This document shows positions 38,879 through 48,456 of a stretch of 64,000 nucleotides of DNA, piece after piece. A program made the translations under genes and the position numbers. This stretch comes from Spirochaetota bacterium (lineage in GTDB: Bacteria > Spirochaetota > UBA4802 > UBA5550), in assembly GCA_963664815.2 (NCBI GenBank), contig CAXXHB010000002.1, positions 736,001 to 800,000 on the forward strand. Reading direction: 5' to 3'. How positions within the stretch are numbered: position 1 is the stretch's first letter; the number at the start of each line of letters is the position of its first letter. The notes under the pieces were generated by a model. That model saw only the letters and a program-made list of their open reading frames with translations. It ran no database searches and was not told the origin of the DNA.

Positions 38879-40018
38879 ATGAAGAAAAAGAAAAGAAAAA
38901 TGTTTGCAGAGCTTATTGAAAAGTACGTGGGTGAAGGGTGTGAACCTGAATGCAGGTATTTCGGCGAGTGCGGCGGATGTATGTTCCAGAATATACCATA
39001 TGAAAATCAGCTATTACTAAAGAAGGAATATATAAATTCAATATTTGGGGAAATGTATTTGGTCGATTCTGTTGCGGCGTCAAATCCCTACAGTTACAGA
39101 AGCAGAATGGATATGGTGACAGCATTCGGAAAAAAAGGTCTTCGCAGGGCAGGGAGTTTCCGTCATGTTGTTGATATTGAGACATGCTCTATTATGCAGA
39201 ACCGATCTGACGGGATGTATGGCAAGGTGAGAAATCTTGTTGAAAAAATTGAAGATTATGATTATATTAAACATGAAGGTTATTTAAGATATATAGTTCT
39301 CCGTCAGGCACGGTTTACCGGTGAAATGATGGTTAACTTTGTAGTCTCGAAACCTGAAAACAGGTTCGGTTTTATTCTCTATGATTTGATAGAAGAGGTT
39401 GATTCATCTTCTCTTATATTGAGTGACGGACTGGCCGATCTTAACTACGGTCAAATTTTCCAGACTCTTAAAAAAGGTTTTATAACAGAGTCCTTTGACG
39501 GCATAGATTACATGATAACACCGAATTCATTTTTTCAGTCAAATTCTGAAATGGCACTTAAGATGTACAGGAAAATTCTTTCTCTAACAAAGGGAAAGAC
39601 TCTTGATCTTTACTCAGGCGTGGGGAGTATATCGCTTTTTGTGGCATCCGCAGCGGAGAGTGTAACCGGAGTGGAAGTGATACAGGAGGCCGTGGATGTC
39701 GCGGAGAGAAATCGAGAGAATAATGAAATAGAAAATGTTAACTTTATATGTGCAGACGCCGGCGAGTACATGAAAGATAATAATGGAAAATTTGAAACAC
39801 TGATACTTGATCCTCCAAGAACCGGTATACATCCAAAAATGCTGAAGGAAATTATTGGAATGTCTCCGGAGAGAATAATATATATGTCATGCAATCCATC
39901 AACATGCAGAGACGACCTGAAGATGCTTGAAGGATACCACATTGATTTTCTGGAGGCATATGATATGTTTCCGCAAACACCGCATGTTGAAACTCTTACT
40001 CTTCTAACAAGAAAATAA
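38879..40018 (+). CDS. 23S rRNA m5U methyltransferase (RlmD/RlmC family), no TRAM domain
   Basis: CRYFGECGGC Fe-S motif, SFFQ, LDLYSGVG, LDPPRTG, YMSCNP, DMFPQTPHVE. Confidence 0.9.
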   Translation: MKKKKRKMFAELIEKYVGEGCEPECRYFGECGGCMFQNIPYENQLLLKKEYINSIFGEMYLVDSVAASNPYSYRSRMDMVTAFGKKGLRRAGSFRHVVDIETCSIMQNRSDGMYGKVRNLVEKIEDYDYIKHEGYLRYIVLRQARFTGEMMVNFVVSKPENRFGFILYDLIEEVDSSSLILSDGLADLNYGQIFQTLKKGFITESFDGIDYMITPNSFFQSNSEMALKMYRKILSLTKGKTLDLYSGVGSISLFVASAAESVTGVEVIQEAVDVAERNRENNEIENVNFICADAGEYMKDNNGKFETLILDPPRTGIHPKMLKEIIGMSPERIIYMSCNPSTCRDDLKMLEGYHIDFLEAYDMFPQTPHVETLTLLTRK

Positions 40019-40019
40019 A

Positions 40020-41210
40020 ATGTTTGATAAAATCGAAAACAGTGCACTAAAAAGAAGGGTAAAAAATCATCTGATTGGCAGAGAACATGTTTTCTTCGCG
40101 GTTATTCAGCCCGGGTTTGAAAAAACGGCCCGTCGGGAGCTCCAGGATATAGGGTTGAAGCTGTGTGCTGATTTCATCGAAGGTGGTATTGAGTTTACCG
40201 GCAGGCTTGATTCATGTTATAGCGCTTCGCTTCTTTCTCGAACAACCGGAAGAATAATGATGCGTGTAGGGGAGTTAAGAGCTGCAAACTATTATGAACT
40301 TGAGAGACTAATAAGATCCTTCCCATGGGAGCTTTACATTTCTTCCGGAATGGAGATAGTTTTCAGAACGAGTACTGCGAAATCAATGATTTATCATACA
40401 GGAAAGCTTGAGGAGATATTTTATGCGGGAATCAGCGAGAGGCTGAACAGATTTAATATTAGTATCGAAAGCGGAAAGTTGTTAACACGTCAGACAATAT
40501 TTTTAAGGAATTATAGGGATCTTTGCACTGTAAGTCTGGATGCGTCGGGAGAATTCTTATATAAAAGAGGAGAAGGAAAAAAAACCTGTCAGGCACCGTT
40601 GCGTGAAACTACAGCTGCGCTGATACTTCTTGAAGCAAAACTCGGCGGATACGGGCAGATACTTGATTCTATGTGCGGCTCCGGAACATTCAGCCTGGAG
40701 GCGGCATCAATCCTCGCAAAATCTCTTCCCGCCGGCGAAAGGGAATTTCCATTCATGCACTGGCCAGGTTTCAGGGGGAGCTTATTCCGGTTTATAAAAA
40801 ATACTGCCTTGATGAATGTTATCACTCAGGAAGAACTTGTACAGAAGATAATTACTACTGATATTAATGAAAATGTTGTAAAAACAGCAAAATCAAATAT
40901 TCCTGAACGCTTTAATAAGATTATACAACCGTATGTTTCCGATTTTTTCACGATACCCGGAAGTATCACCAATGGTATAAAAACACTTATCGTACTTAAT
41001 CCCCCTTATGGGAAAAGACTTGATGATGGCACAGATAAATTGATCTACCGCGAAATAGGAAAAAAGATACGCAAGGATTTCAGTAACTGTGGTTACGCGA
41101 TTATTGTCCCGGGAGAGGAAAAGGAAAATGTGCTCGGACTTGCTTATGACAGAAAAATTCCATTTATGAATGGAGGAATAAAAGCTGCTGTAATTTTTAA
41201 AGATGCATAA
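40020..41210 (+). CDS. THUMP-domain RNA m2G methyltransferase (RlmL/YpsC-like)
   Basis: LDASGEFLYKRG, APLRETTAA, DSMCGSGT, NPPYG. Confidence 0.85.
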   Translation: MFDKIENSALKRRVKNHLIGREHVFFAVIQPGFEKTARRELQDIGLKLCADFIEGGIEFTGRLDSCYSASLLSRTTGRIMMRVGELRAANYYELERLIRSFPWELYISSGMEIVFRTSTAKSMIYHTGKLEEIFYAGISERLNRFNISIESGKLLTRQTIFLRNYRDLCTVSLDASGEFLYKRGEGKKTCQAPLRETTAALILLEAKLGGYGQILDSMCGSGTFSLEAASILAKSLPAGEREFPFMHWPGFRGSLFRFIKNTALMNVITQEELVQKIITTDINENVVKTAKSNIPERFNKIIQPYVSDFFTIPGSITNGIKTLIVLNPPYGKRLDDGTDKLIYREIGKKIRKDFSNCGYAIIVPGEEKENVLGLAYDRKIPFMNGGIKAAVIFKDA

Positions 41211-41729
41211 CATTTTTAATCAAAATCCTTGCGGGATCTATACTACTGATTTATTCATATTTCTTTCCGGAAAATCGGGAATTCTTTTTTATTAAAAAAG
41301 GAACGGACCTCTTTAATATTAAATTGTTATCCACATCAGCTCCCGAGGTACTTTCTGCTGAAATGAATAAGGTTGACCATTCGTAAACAAGAGACAGTTA
41401 CTTTGGAAATACCCTGCTCATAGTATTGCTTAAGTATAGAGCGTCGTTACAGAATTGTTATAGCTCAGTTACAGTTCCGCTGAAAAGACCGAAAATATAT
41501 GTTTTTGGCCGTATGTTACTGGATTGTTATGTATCTTCGAGGCAGCTATAGCGGAATTCACTGCTGTCGGCAGATATTGACCATGGGTTGTAAAAAGACA
41601 GAATCAGTTAAAAAATGAAATTTTTTATATCGACTGTATTAAGCTATATCTTAAAAAAACAAATTTATATGATTGAAATTTATCTATATGGAAATTAACA
41701 TAATATAAGCAAAATACAAGAGGTGATCT

Positions 41730-44219
41730 TTGAGAGGCATTGATAAAAATGTTAATATCTACCTTGAAGAAATCGGTACAGATACAGAAGAAAATAAAAA
41801 ATGTCTGGAAAAGCTGAACAAGATTCTTGAAGAGTTAAAAAACTCAGCAAACAGTGCTGAAAGAAAGCATTATTTTACATTTAAGGAAACAATAGACACT
41901 TTTAATCGGTATCTTATAGATAAAAAAATAAAGTTGAATGCATCTGAAAAGGACCGTTTGGCTGTAATTGCCTCATCCGGGCTTAATAATCTTGCAAAAA
42001 AAAGAATGGCTGAGGATCTGATACATCAGGTTAAGGTGCGGATTGCACATGAATATACTTTAAAAGAAGAAGCAGGGAAAAAAAAAGATGATATTACCCG
42101 CCTCAGGAAATCAGGTTTCTGGCTGACAGACTGGTACAGGCTCACAAAATTTGCACTTGAGTTCGGTACAATTACAACGTTTACTCACAGGTATCTTTCC
42201 AGGACACTTGACTTTATAAGGCTTAAAGCTGATGCCGCCCATAGAGAAATCATTTTTGATCTTAAAGAAATTCTGGATAAATATTATTATTATCTCAGTG
42301 TTCTTGAATATAATTCAATTGTCAGATTGTATAAGATGGGTGAATCAATTGATAAACTTGCTTCTTTGAAGCGGAATCTTTCATATCATCCTATTGAGAT
42401 ATTTGAAGAGATGAATGATTTTGCTGTTTCGTATATTTATGTTATGAGAAATATTAATTATATCGAAAGCGCCTTAAAAAAAGTATATAAAGATAAACAA
42501 CCCGGGCATGGATTTTTCGGACATGTGGGATTTCTTACTGACCGTCCGGTTGTTAATAATAAAAAGGTCAGGTACAATGAGGGGGATTTAATAACAGGAA
42601 CTATTCTCGGTGCATTATACTCTTATTACACAGCTTATCTTGGGGTAAGGGTGAAAACATTTAATCAGCTTATGTATATTATAAATGAAGAGGGTATGCT
42701 TAACGGTTCAGAGAAAGAATATACAAAAGAAGCAATAGCTGCAATTGAAAATGAGAGTCATCAGCAGATTACTGAAGGCACCAGGATAAAATCAAAGCTT
42801 TCTGAACTTGTGAACATTCCCGGAAAGTATTGCGAAATGGGGAAGAATCTCTCAAAGCGACTGTTTGAGATAGAAGCGCGTGGAAGCTTGAGTGTATGGA
42901 ATAAGGAATCCCAGTTGAAACCTTTTTTCAGACTGATGAAAGTTTTTGATGCATATTTGAAGTACATACTTGAAATGCTTGTAACATATGAAAGTTTTGA
43001 TCTTGAATATGATAATATAATAATAAAAGGTTATTTTGATAATTTTCCTGATCTAACTAAAGCTGTAGATGATTATCGTTCATTATCAATTGAACTTCAG
43101 GGAGTAAGAGGAAAAGATTTGCAGAACTTTAAATACCCATCTGAAACAGAGAAAGATGATTTTATAAAAAAATTGATGGAGTATGAAAATATTTCAACTC
43201 TTCCCGGTGAAATAAGGCTATTGAAAGAAACCTTAAATTTATTATCTGCGCGATGTTATAACTTGTGTATCAAATTTAATAATATACTGAATATTTTTTA
43301 TCAGCCTGGAAAAATTGAATCGCGCAATATTATTGAAAATTACAATTTTCTTATTAATGCTAAGATTATTCATCCCAAGGTGCGGCATCTTGAAATGATA
43401 TTAAATAAAAAAGATGTGTATCTTGTTGATTTGTTTGAAGCTGGTTGTTCAGTGGCTGAGTATTTCGCTGAGACATTGATGAACAAGGGGATAAAGGCTG
43501 CATTTGATGAAGTTTCAAAGCTTCAGAAAGAACTTCAAACTTATACAACTCAACCTGGGAATGATACAGGAAGCGTTGAATCCGGGGAAAGCAGAATAGG
43601 AGAGGATGATCTGAATTCAGACACAGAAAAAATGTATAAAGATGTGCTTACCGGTTTTAAAAGGTGGGAATATTTTGAAGATTTCATTTTGCCTGAAGTA
43701 TATGATGAAAATGGGATTTACAGAAGTGATGAATTGCGGCATGTTTTCTGTGCTGAGTTATATAATCTTGTGGATGTTAACCGTATATGCGGTAAAGATT
43801 CAGGAGATCTGGTGTATAAAAGGATTAGTGAAATTATAAATGAAACACTGGATTCTTCCACAGGCAGCTATATTGTGCTGAGAAGTAATGGAGGTCATAT
43901 TATCGGTTATATAAACGGTATCACTTCAGTAGAATCAATAGATTTACTTTTTAAAATTCTATATCTTGTTAAAGAATACTCTTTGAAAAGCAATATAGAA
44001 TCTCTCCCTGAGCTTATATTTAACGCTGGGATTTGTAAGGAAAATAAAGGAACTAGTGCTTTAAAAAATATTGAGTTTGCCCGTAATATAATGATTCAGG
44101 GATCGGATGGGCAAACCGGGCATCTTGCATTTCTGAGACACCCGGACCAGATTGTGAGTATCAAAGACTTTGACCTGAGAGGACGTTTGAGAGAAAACCT
44201 TATCTCGGTATTGAGCTGA
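41730..44219 (+). CDS. Large hypothetical protein with C-terminal degenerate GGDEF-like domain
   Basis: 829-aa ORF, TTG start with GAGGTG RBS; DVLTGF, VNRICGKDSGDLV, RSNGGHII and NAGI align with the GGDEF fold pattern. Confidence 0.7.
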   Translation: MRGIDKNVNIYLEEIGTDTEENKKCLEKLNKILEELKNSANSAERKHYFTFKETIDTFNRYLIDKKIKLNASEKDRLAVIASSGLNNLAKKRMAEDLIHQVKVRIAHEYTLKEEAGKKKDDITRLRKSGFWLTDWYRLTKFALEFGTITTFTHRYLSRTLDFIRLKADAAHREIIFDLKEILDKYYYYLSVLEYNSIVRLYKMGESIDKLASLKRNLSYHPIEIFEEMNDFAVSYIYVMRNINYIESALKKVYKDKQPGHGFFGHVGFLTDRPVVNNKKVRYNEGDLITGTILGALYSYYTAYLGVRVKTFNQLMYIINEEGMLNGSEKEYTKEAIAAIENESHQQITEGTRIKSKLSELVNIPGKYCEMGKNLSKRLFEIEARGSLSVWNKESQLKPFFRLMKVFDAYLKYILEMLVTYESFDLEYDNIIIKGYFDNFPDLTKAVDDYRSLSIELQGVRGKDLQNFKYPSETEKDDFIKKLMEYENISTLPGEIRLLKETLNLLSARCYNLCIKFNNILNIFYQPGKIESRNIIENYNFLINAKIIHPKVRHLEMILNKKDVYLVDLFEAGCSVAEYFAETLMNKGIKAAFDEVSKLQKELQTYTTQPGNDTGSVESGESRIGEDDLNSDTEKMYKDVLTGFKRWEYFEDFILPEVYDENGIYRSDELRHVFCAELYNLVDVNRICGKDSGDLVYKRISEIINETLDSSTGSYIVLRSNGGHIIGYINGITSVESIDLLFKILYLVKEYSLKSNIESLPELIFNAGICKENKGTSALKNIEFARNIMIQGSDGQTGHLAFLRHPDQIVSIKDFDLRGRLRENLISVLS

Positions 44220-44227
44220 TTATATAT

Positions 44228-45205
44228 ATGACGGACTTGAGACAAAAAGAAAGAGTAATAGCTTCACTAGTTAATAATGGTTATGATGGATTAAGGCTTG
44301 ATCTTTATCTTTCAAAAAGGTTCAGCTATATGAGCAGAACATCCTGGCAGAAAGAGATATCCCTGGGAAAGATTAAGCTGAATGGTCTGGTGATACATAA
44401 TTTAAAAAAAAGCGTTCATCCTGGTGACATGATTGAATATTTGGCCGGCAAAATAATGGAACCTGATATTGATCCCAAGTACTCTGTAATTTTTGAAAAT
44501 GAAAATTACCTTGCTGTCAATAAAACCGGTAATCTTCCTGTTCATCCCTCAGGAATTTTTTTCCGAAACACGCTTGTTATGCTTCTCGAAGAATATACAG
44601 GGAGAAAATATTTCCCAATACACAGACTTGACAGGGAAACTTCGGGAGCGTTGTTACTTGGGAAAAATTCTGAAGCAGCATCTGCAGTTCAGAAAAATTT
44701 CAGTAAAACAGCTAGGGAGTATATAGCCATAGTTACTGGAGATGTAGCGGAGAGTAATTTTATAATTGATGTTCCTATCGGACCTGCGCGAAATTCTCCT
44801 GTAAATAAAAAAAGAGAGGCATATGCAGGAGCGGATGAGTCTGCCATGACAGAATTTGAACTGGTTTCAAAATCAGGCTTTTTTTCTATTGTGAGAGCTT
44901 TTCCTGTTACCGGGAGGATGCACCAGATACGTGTTCATCTGAAATATGCAGGTTATCCGATAATCGGAGATAAGATGTATGGGTTTGATGAAACAATTTA
45001 TCTTGATTATGTGAAAAACGGAGATAGTGAAATATTAGCAGGGAGAGCCGGTTTTCACCGGTGCGCACTTCATTCACATTCATTTCTCTTTTTTGATCCC
45101 TTTGAAAAACATGAAATAAAGATTGAAGCGGATATTCCCAGTGATATGGCTACTTTTATTAAAAATAATGTTTTTATTAATAAAAACATTGACTCACATG
45201 TGTAA
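44228..45205 (+). CDS. RluA/RluD family pseudouridine synthase with S4 domain
   Basis: RLDLYL, NKTGNLPVHP, HRLDRETSG, TGRMHQIRVH, GDKMY. Confidence 0.95.
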   Translation: MTDLRQKERVIASLVNNGYDGLRLDLYLSKRFSYMSRTSWQKEISLGKIKLNGLVIHNLKKSVHPGDMIEYLAGKIMEPDIDPKYSVIFENENYLAVNKTGNLPVHPSGIFFRNTLVMLLEEYTGRKYFPIHRLDRETSGALLLGKNSEAASAVQKNFSKTAREYIAIVTGDVAESNFIIDVPIGPARNSPVNKKREAYAGADESAMTEFELVSKSGFFSIVRAFPVTGRMHQIRVHLKYAGYPIIGDKMYGFDETIYLDYVKNGDSEILAGRAGFHRCALHSHSFLFFDPFEKHEIKIEADIPSDMATFIKNNVFINKNIDSHV

Positions 45206-45241
45206 ATTAAAGATATGAGTGACATAGTTAAGTAAATAAAA

Positions 45242-47182
45242 TTGATTCAGTTAAAACAGATGTTCAGCAGAATAATTCATATTATTAGTTCCGGTTTCAG
45301 TAGACTTAAATTTAAATATAAGCTTACAATATATTTTACTATATTCGGGCTTCTTGTAGGTCATTTTTCTTTTATTTTTTATACCTCCATTGCAACAAAT
45401 AATTTAAAGCATATAGTATCTACAGTTGTAAATGACTGGCTTGAGAACAGTGGTTTGCCGGATGATGCAATTGAATCTTATATCGGGAAATCATACGATG
45501 GGAGAATGAATACAGCATTTCCATTTATATCAGTTTTTAAAGACGGGCCATCCGGCGATCCTCACAGGAACAAGCTTGATTTATATTACTACTCAACGAT
45601 GGAAAAAAAATGGTTTCGCCTTTATAGAAATGTTTATGGTTTTATAGCAAAAAGCGACATCGGCATTGAAGAGGAAACTGATGTATATACATTCACAAAG
45701 AAAGGAACACTCTCGTCCACGTATACACCTTTTTATGGGAAGACCGATAAAATTTATTTCTGGATAAATCTTACACGGCCTTTTGATAAAAACATTTACA
45801 TTGCCAGGATTGTATCGGATAGAAAAGGTGTCATAGCTTTTTTCGGAGGGAAGGAGATTGCTTTACTTTATACGCTTTTTCTTTTTATGCTTTCACTGTT
45901 TCTTTCGAGAATTATAGCGCTTCATATATCAAAACCGATTTTTGAACTTGATAAACAGGCTGCCGGTATTGCTTCAGGAAACCTCAATATCAGGACACAT
46001 ATTCTTTCAATGGATGAATTTGGCGGACTCTCTGCATCTATCAACAGAATGGCGGACAAGATTAAGGAGGATATCGATAAATTGAATAAAAGAATGGAGG
46101 CAATCTCAGTCATGAATAAAATCGATAAAGCTGTGTTGTCTTCCATTTCACGTTATGATCTTATTGACAGGGTAACAAATATTGTTTCAGAACTTTTCAG
46201 TGAGTGTATGGTAGCTTTGGGGACAATAGATATTGTAAAAGAAAAATACATAATTCTTTCACAATATATTAAAGGAATTAAAATCACATTTAGCGGGGAA
46301 TCAGCTTTATCTTTTGATAATCTTGGCAGGGATAATCTGGAAAAAAATAAAAACTTCTTCATTCTTGATAAGAATACAGATGGAAAATATCTGGATATTT
46401 TAAATAATCTTAATCATCGGAATTTTTCTTGTATGATTAATCTTCCCATATTTCTTGATGAAGAGTATATGGGTTCACTCATTATAGGAAAAGACTCGGA
46501 TACACTTTTTACTGATTTTGAGCTTGATACATTAAAAGCCTTAGCTGATCAGGCCGGTGTTGCCATGAAGAGTGTGAAATATTTCGAGGAAAAGGAGAAT
46601 CTCTTCCTCGGAATACTGGTGGCTCTTTCAAAAGCTATAGATGCAAAATCTAAATGGACTGCAGGACACAGTGAAAGGGTTGCATACTATTCTGAAAAAC
46701 TGGCGATAATGATGGAGATGGATGAGATCTTTTTAAATAATCTAAAAATTTCAGCAAACCTGCATGATATAGGTAAAATAGGTGTCCCTGAGTTTATTCT
46801 CAATAAACCGGAGGTTCTAAACAATGAAGAGAAGGAAATTATAAAGAAACATCCCCAAGATGGTTCTGCAATTGTTGAAGAGATTCCCGGTCATGAAAGA
46901 TTTCTGAACGGGATATTATTTCATCATGAGTCATGGGATGGAGGCGGTTATCCGTTTGGCCTTAAGGGCAGGGCTATACCTCTCATGGGGCGGCTGATAG
47001 CCGTAGCTGATATTTATGACGCACTTATTTCAGACAGGCCGTATAGAAACGGGATGAGCACCTTGGAGGCTATTGAGATTCTGATTTCCGAAAAAGGGAA
47101 AAAGCTCGATCCGGCAATTGTTGATCTTATGATTACAATAATTGAAAGTGAAAAAAATAAGAGACAGTTTCAAATAGAATAG
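45242..47182 (+). CDS. Membrane sensor HAMP-GAF-HD-GYP cyclic di-GMP phosphodiesterase
   Basis: 2 TM, HAMP (DEFGGL), GAF (LADQAGVA), GHSERV, LHDIGK, HHESWDGGGYP, ADIYDAL, RPYR. Confidence 0.9.
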   Translation: MIQLKQMFSRIIHIISSGFSRLKFKYKLTIYFTIFGLLVGHFSFIFYTSIATNNLKHIVSTVVNDWLENSGLPDDAIESYIGKSYDGRMNTAFPFISVFKDGPSGDPHRNKLDLYYYSTMEKKWFRLYRNVYGFIAKSDIGIEEETDVYTFTKKGTLSSTYTPFYGKTDKIYFWINLTRPFDKNIYIARIVSDRKGVIAFFGGKEIALLYTLFLFMLSLFLSRIIALHISKPIFELDKQAAGIASGNLNIRTHILSMDEFGGLSASINRMADKIKEDIDKLNKRMEAISVMNKIDKAVLSSISRYDLIDRVTNIVSELFSECMVALGTIDIVKEKYIILSQYIKGIKITFSGESALSFDNLGRDNLEKNKNFFILDKNTDGKYLDILNNLNHRNFSCMINLPIFLDEEYMGSLIIGKDSDTLFTDFELDTLKALADQAGVAMKSVKYFEEKENLFLGILVALSKAIDAKSKWTAGHSERVAYYSEKLAIMMEMDEIFLNNLKISANLHDIGKIGVPEFILNKPEVLNNEEKEIIKKHPQDGSAIVEEIPGHERFLNGILFHHESWDGGGYPFGLKGRAIPLMGRLIAVADIYDALISDRPYRNGMSTLEAIEILISEKGKKLDPAIVDLMITIIESEKNKRQFQIE

Positions 47183-47358
47183 GTTGGATCTTTTTTTATA
47201 AGTATTTCTTTAATTTTCGAATCGCCTGCCGAAAAATAGATTATATGCGATTCCATAAGAGAATATTCATTCATAATCACAAAAAGCTCTTCATCGAGTT
47301 TCGGGTCAAGGAGATCAATTTCTCTAAGTTTTTTATTCCCTATGTATATGGCTTTCAT
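47170..47358 (-). CDS. Small hypothetical protein (62 aa)
   Basis: ATG with AGGGA RBS; natural composition; converges on the HD-GYP gene. Confidence 0.55.
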   Translation of the reverse strand: MKAIYIGNKKLREIDLLDPKLDEELFVIMNEYSLMESHIIYFSAGDSKIKEILIKKDPTYSI

Positions 47359-47483
47359 AGTTATCCCTGAACATTTATTTAATTAACGGTTTATATTTAA
47401 TTTAATATTTGTCCAGTATTTTAATACATTTTTTTCTGGGGAAAAGTAATTAGTTGAAAAAACATGCAAACTCTAATATGGTT

Positions 47484-47656
47484 CCGTTTCAAGCGGCAGT
47501 ATGAATAACGAAAAATTGAACATGTCTGAATAATGGCATAAAATGACCTGAGTTAATAGTATTGATTGAGATGAATTGAAGCTACATCAGTAAAAGATTG
47601 ACAGGATAATTATTCAGGCATTTTGTGAAAAATCATTTGCCATGCAACGGTTTTTT
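47484..47656 (+). ncRNA. Rod-shaped structured RNA, candidate 6S RNA (SsrS)
   Basis: Nested pairings CCGTT/AACGG, GGCAG/TTGCC, ATGA/TCAT, ATGTCTGAATAAT/ATTATTCAGGCAT, CCT/AGG, GTTAAT/ATTGAC and TATTGAT/ATCAGTA; G-U pairs form only on the + strand; ends in a T6 run. Confidence 0.55.
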
Positions 47657-47757
47657 AGTATTGACTTTTTTCCTGTGTTTATTGTAATTGCAGAGTGTGT
47701 TCCAGTAATTACCGCTGTTTTGATATAAAAAATTTATTATTAAAAAGAATAAAACTT

Positions 47758-48453
47758 ATGTTTAAATTAAAAAAATATTTTTTTGCAACCATCGCGCTTC
47801 TTTTTTCTTTTTATACAATCAATGGTTTTGCATATAAATTTGATTTTGTTACCGTGAGTGATGTTGTTAACAATATTAAAAAGAATTATAGCGGACTTGA
47901 ATCGTATCAGGCAAATTTTATAATACTCTCTGATAAAGGGGGAAAGAAAAATACGCAGACCGGGATACTGAGATTTAAATCTGCCGACAAACTTATTATG
48001 GAATTTCTACAACCCTCAAGACAGAAAATTGTATCAGATGGTAAAATGATGTGGATATATATCCCTTCAATGAATGTTGTAGCAGAGCAGGATCTCATGT
48101 CGGATTCCGGGCTCTTTACTTCCGGTTCTGAGGCTGGCTTAAACAGGCTGTTTTCCAAATATCATTACAGGTTTGCTTCGAAAACTGAACCGGAGACTAT
48201 GGTTGATGGTATCAAAATGTATACTCTCGTACTCAAACAAAAAGAAAGCAGGGGAGGGTACAAGACTATCAATCTTTGGATTTCTGAAAACTATTTTATT
48301 CAGAGAGCTGAGGGTTTTACATCTTCCGGAAAAAAAGTTGAAATTACACTGTCAGATATAAAGACAAACGTTGATCTGCCGAATGGAATATTCAAATTTG
48401 ATGTTCCAGCAACGGCAAGGGTTATAAAAAATCCTATGATATCAGAGGAGTAA
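47758..48453 (+). CDS. lolA: Outer membrane lipoprotein carrier LolA family
   Basis: Signal peptide; YQANF, QKIVSDGKMMWIYIP, FKFDVP; start moved to ATG 47758. Confidence 0.82.
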   Translation: MFKLKKYFFATIALLFSFYTINGFAYKFDFVTVSDVVNNIKKNYSGLESYQANFIILSDKGGKKNTQTGILRFKSADKLIMEFLQPSRQKIVSDGKMMWIYIPSMNVVAEQDLMSDSGLFTSGSEAGLNRLFSKYHYRFASKTEPETMVDGIKMYTLVLKQKESRGGYKTINLWISENYFIQRAEGFTSSGKKVEITLSDIKTNVDLPNGIFKFDVPATARVIKNPMISEE

Positions 48454-48456
48454 GTT

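Noticed and set aside
41327-41335. Perfect DnaA box TTATCCACA suggesting oriC
   Set aside because: Single copy with no box cluster and no dnaA nearby; one 9-mer in 64 kb of AT-rich DNA can occur by chance
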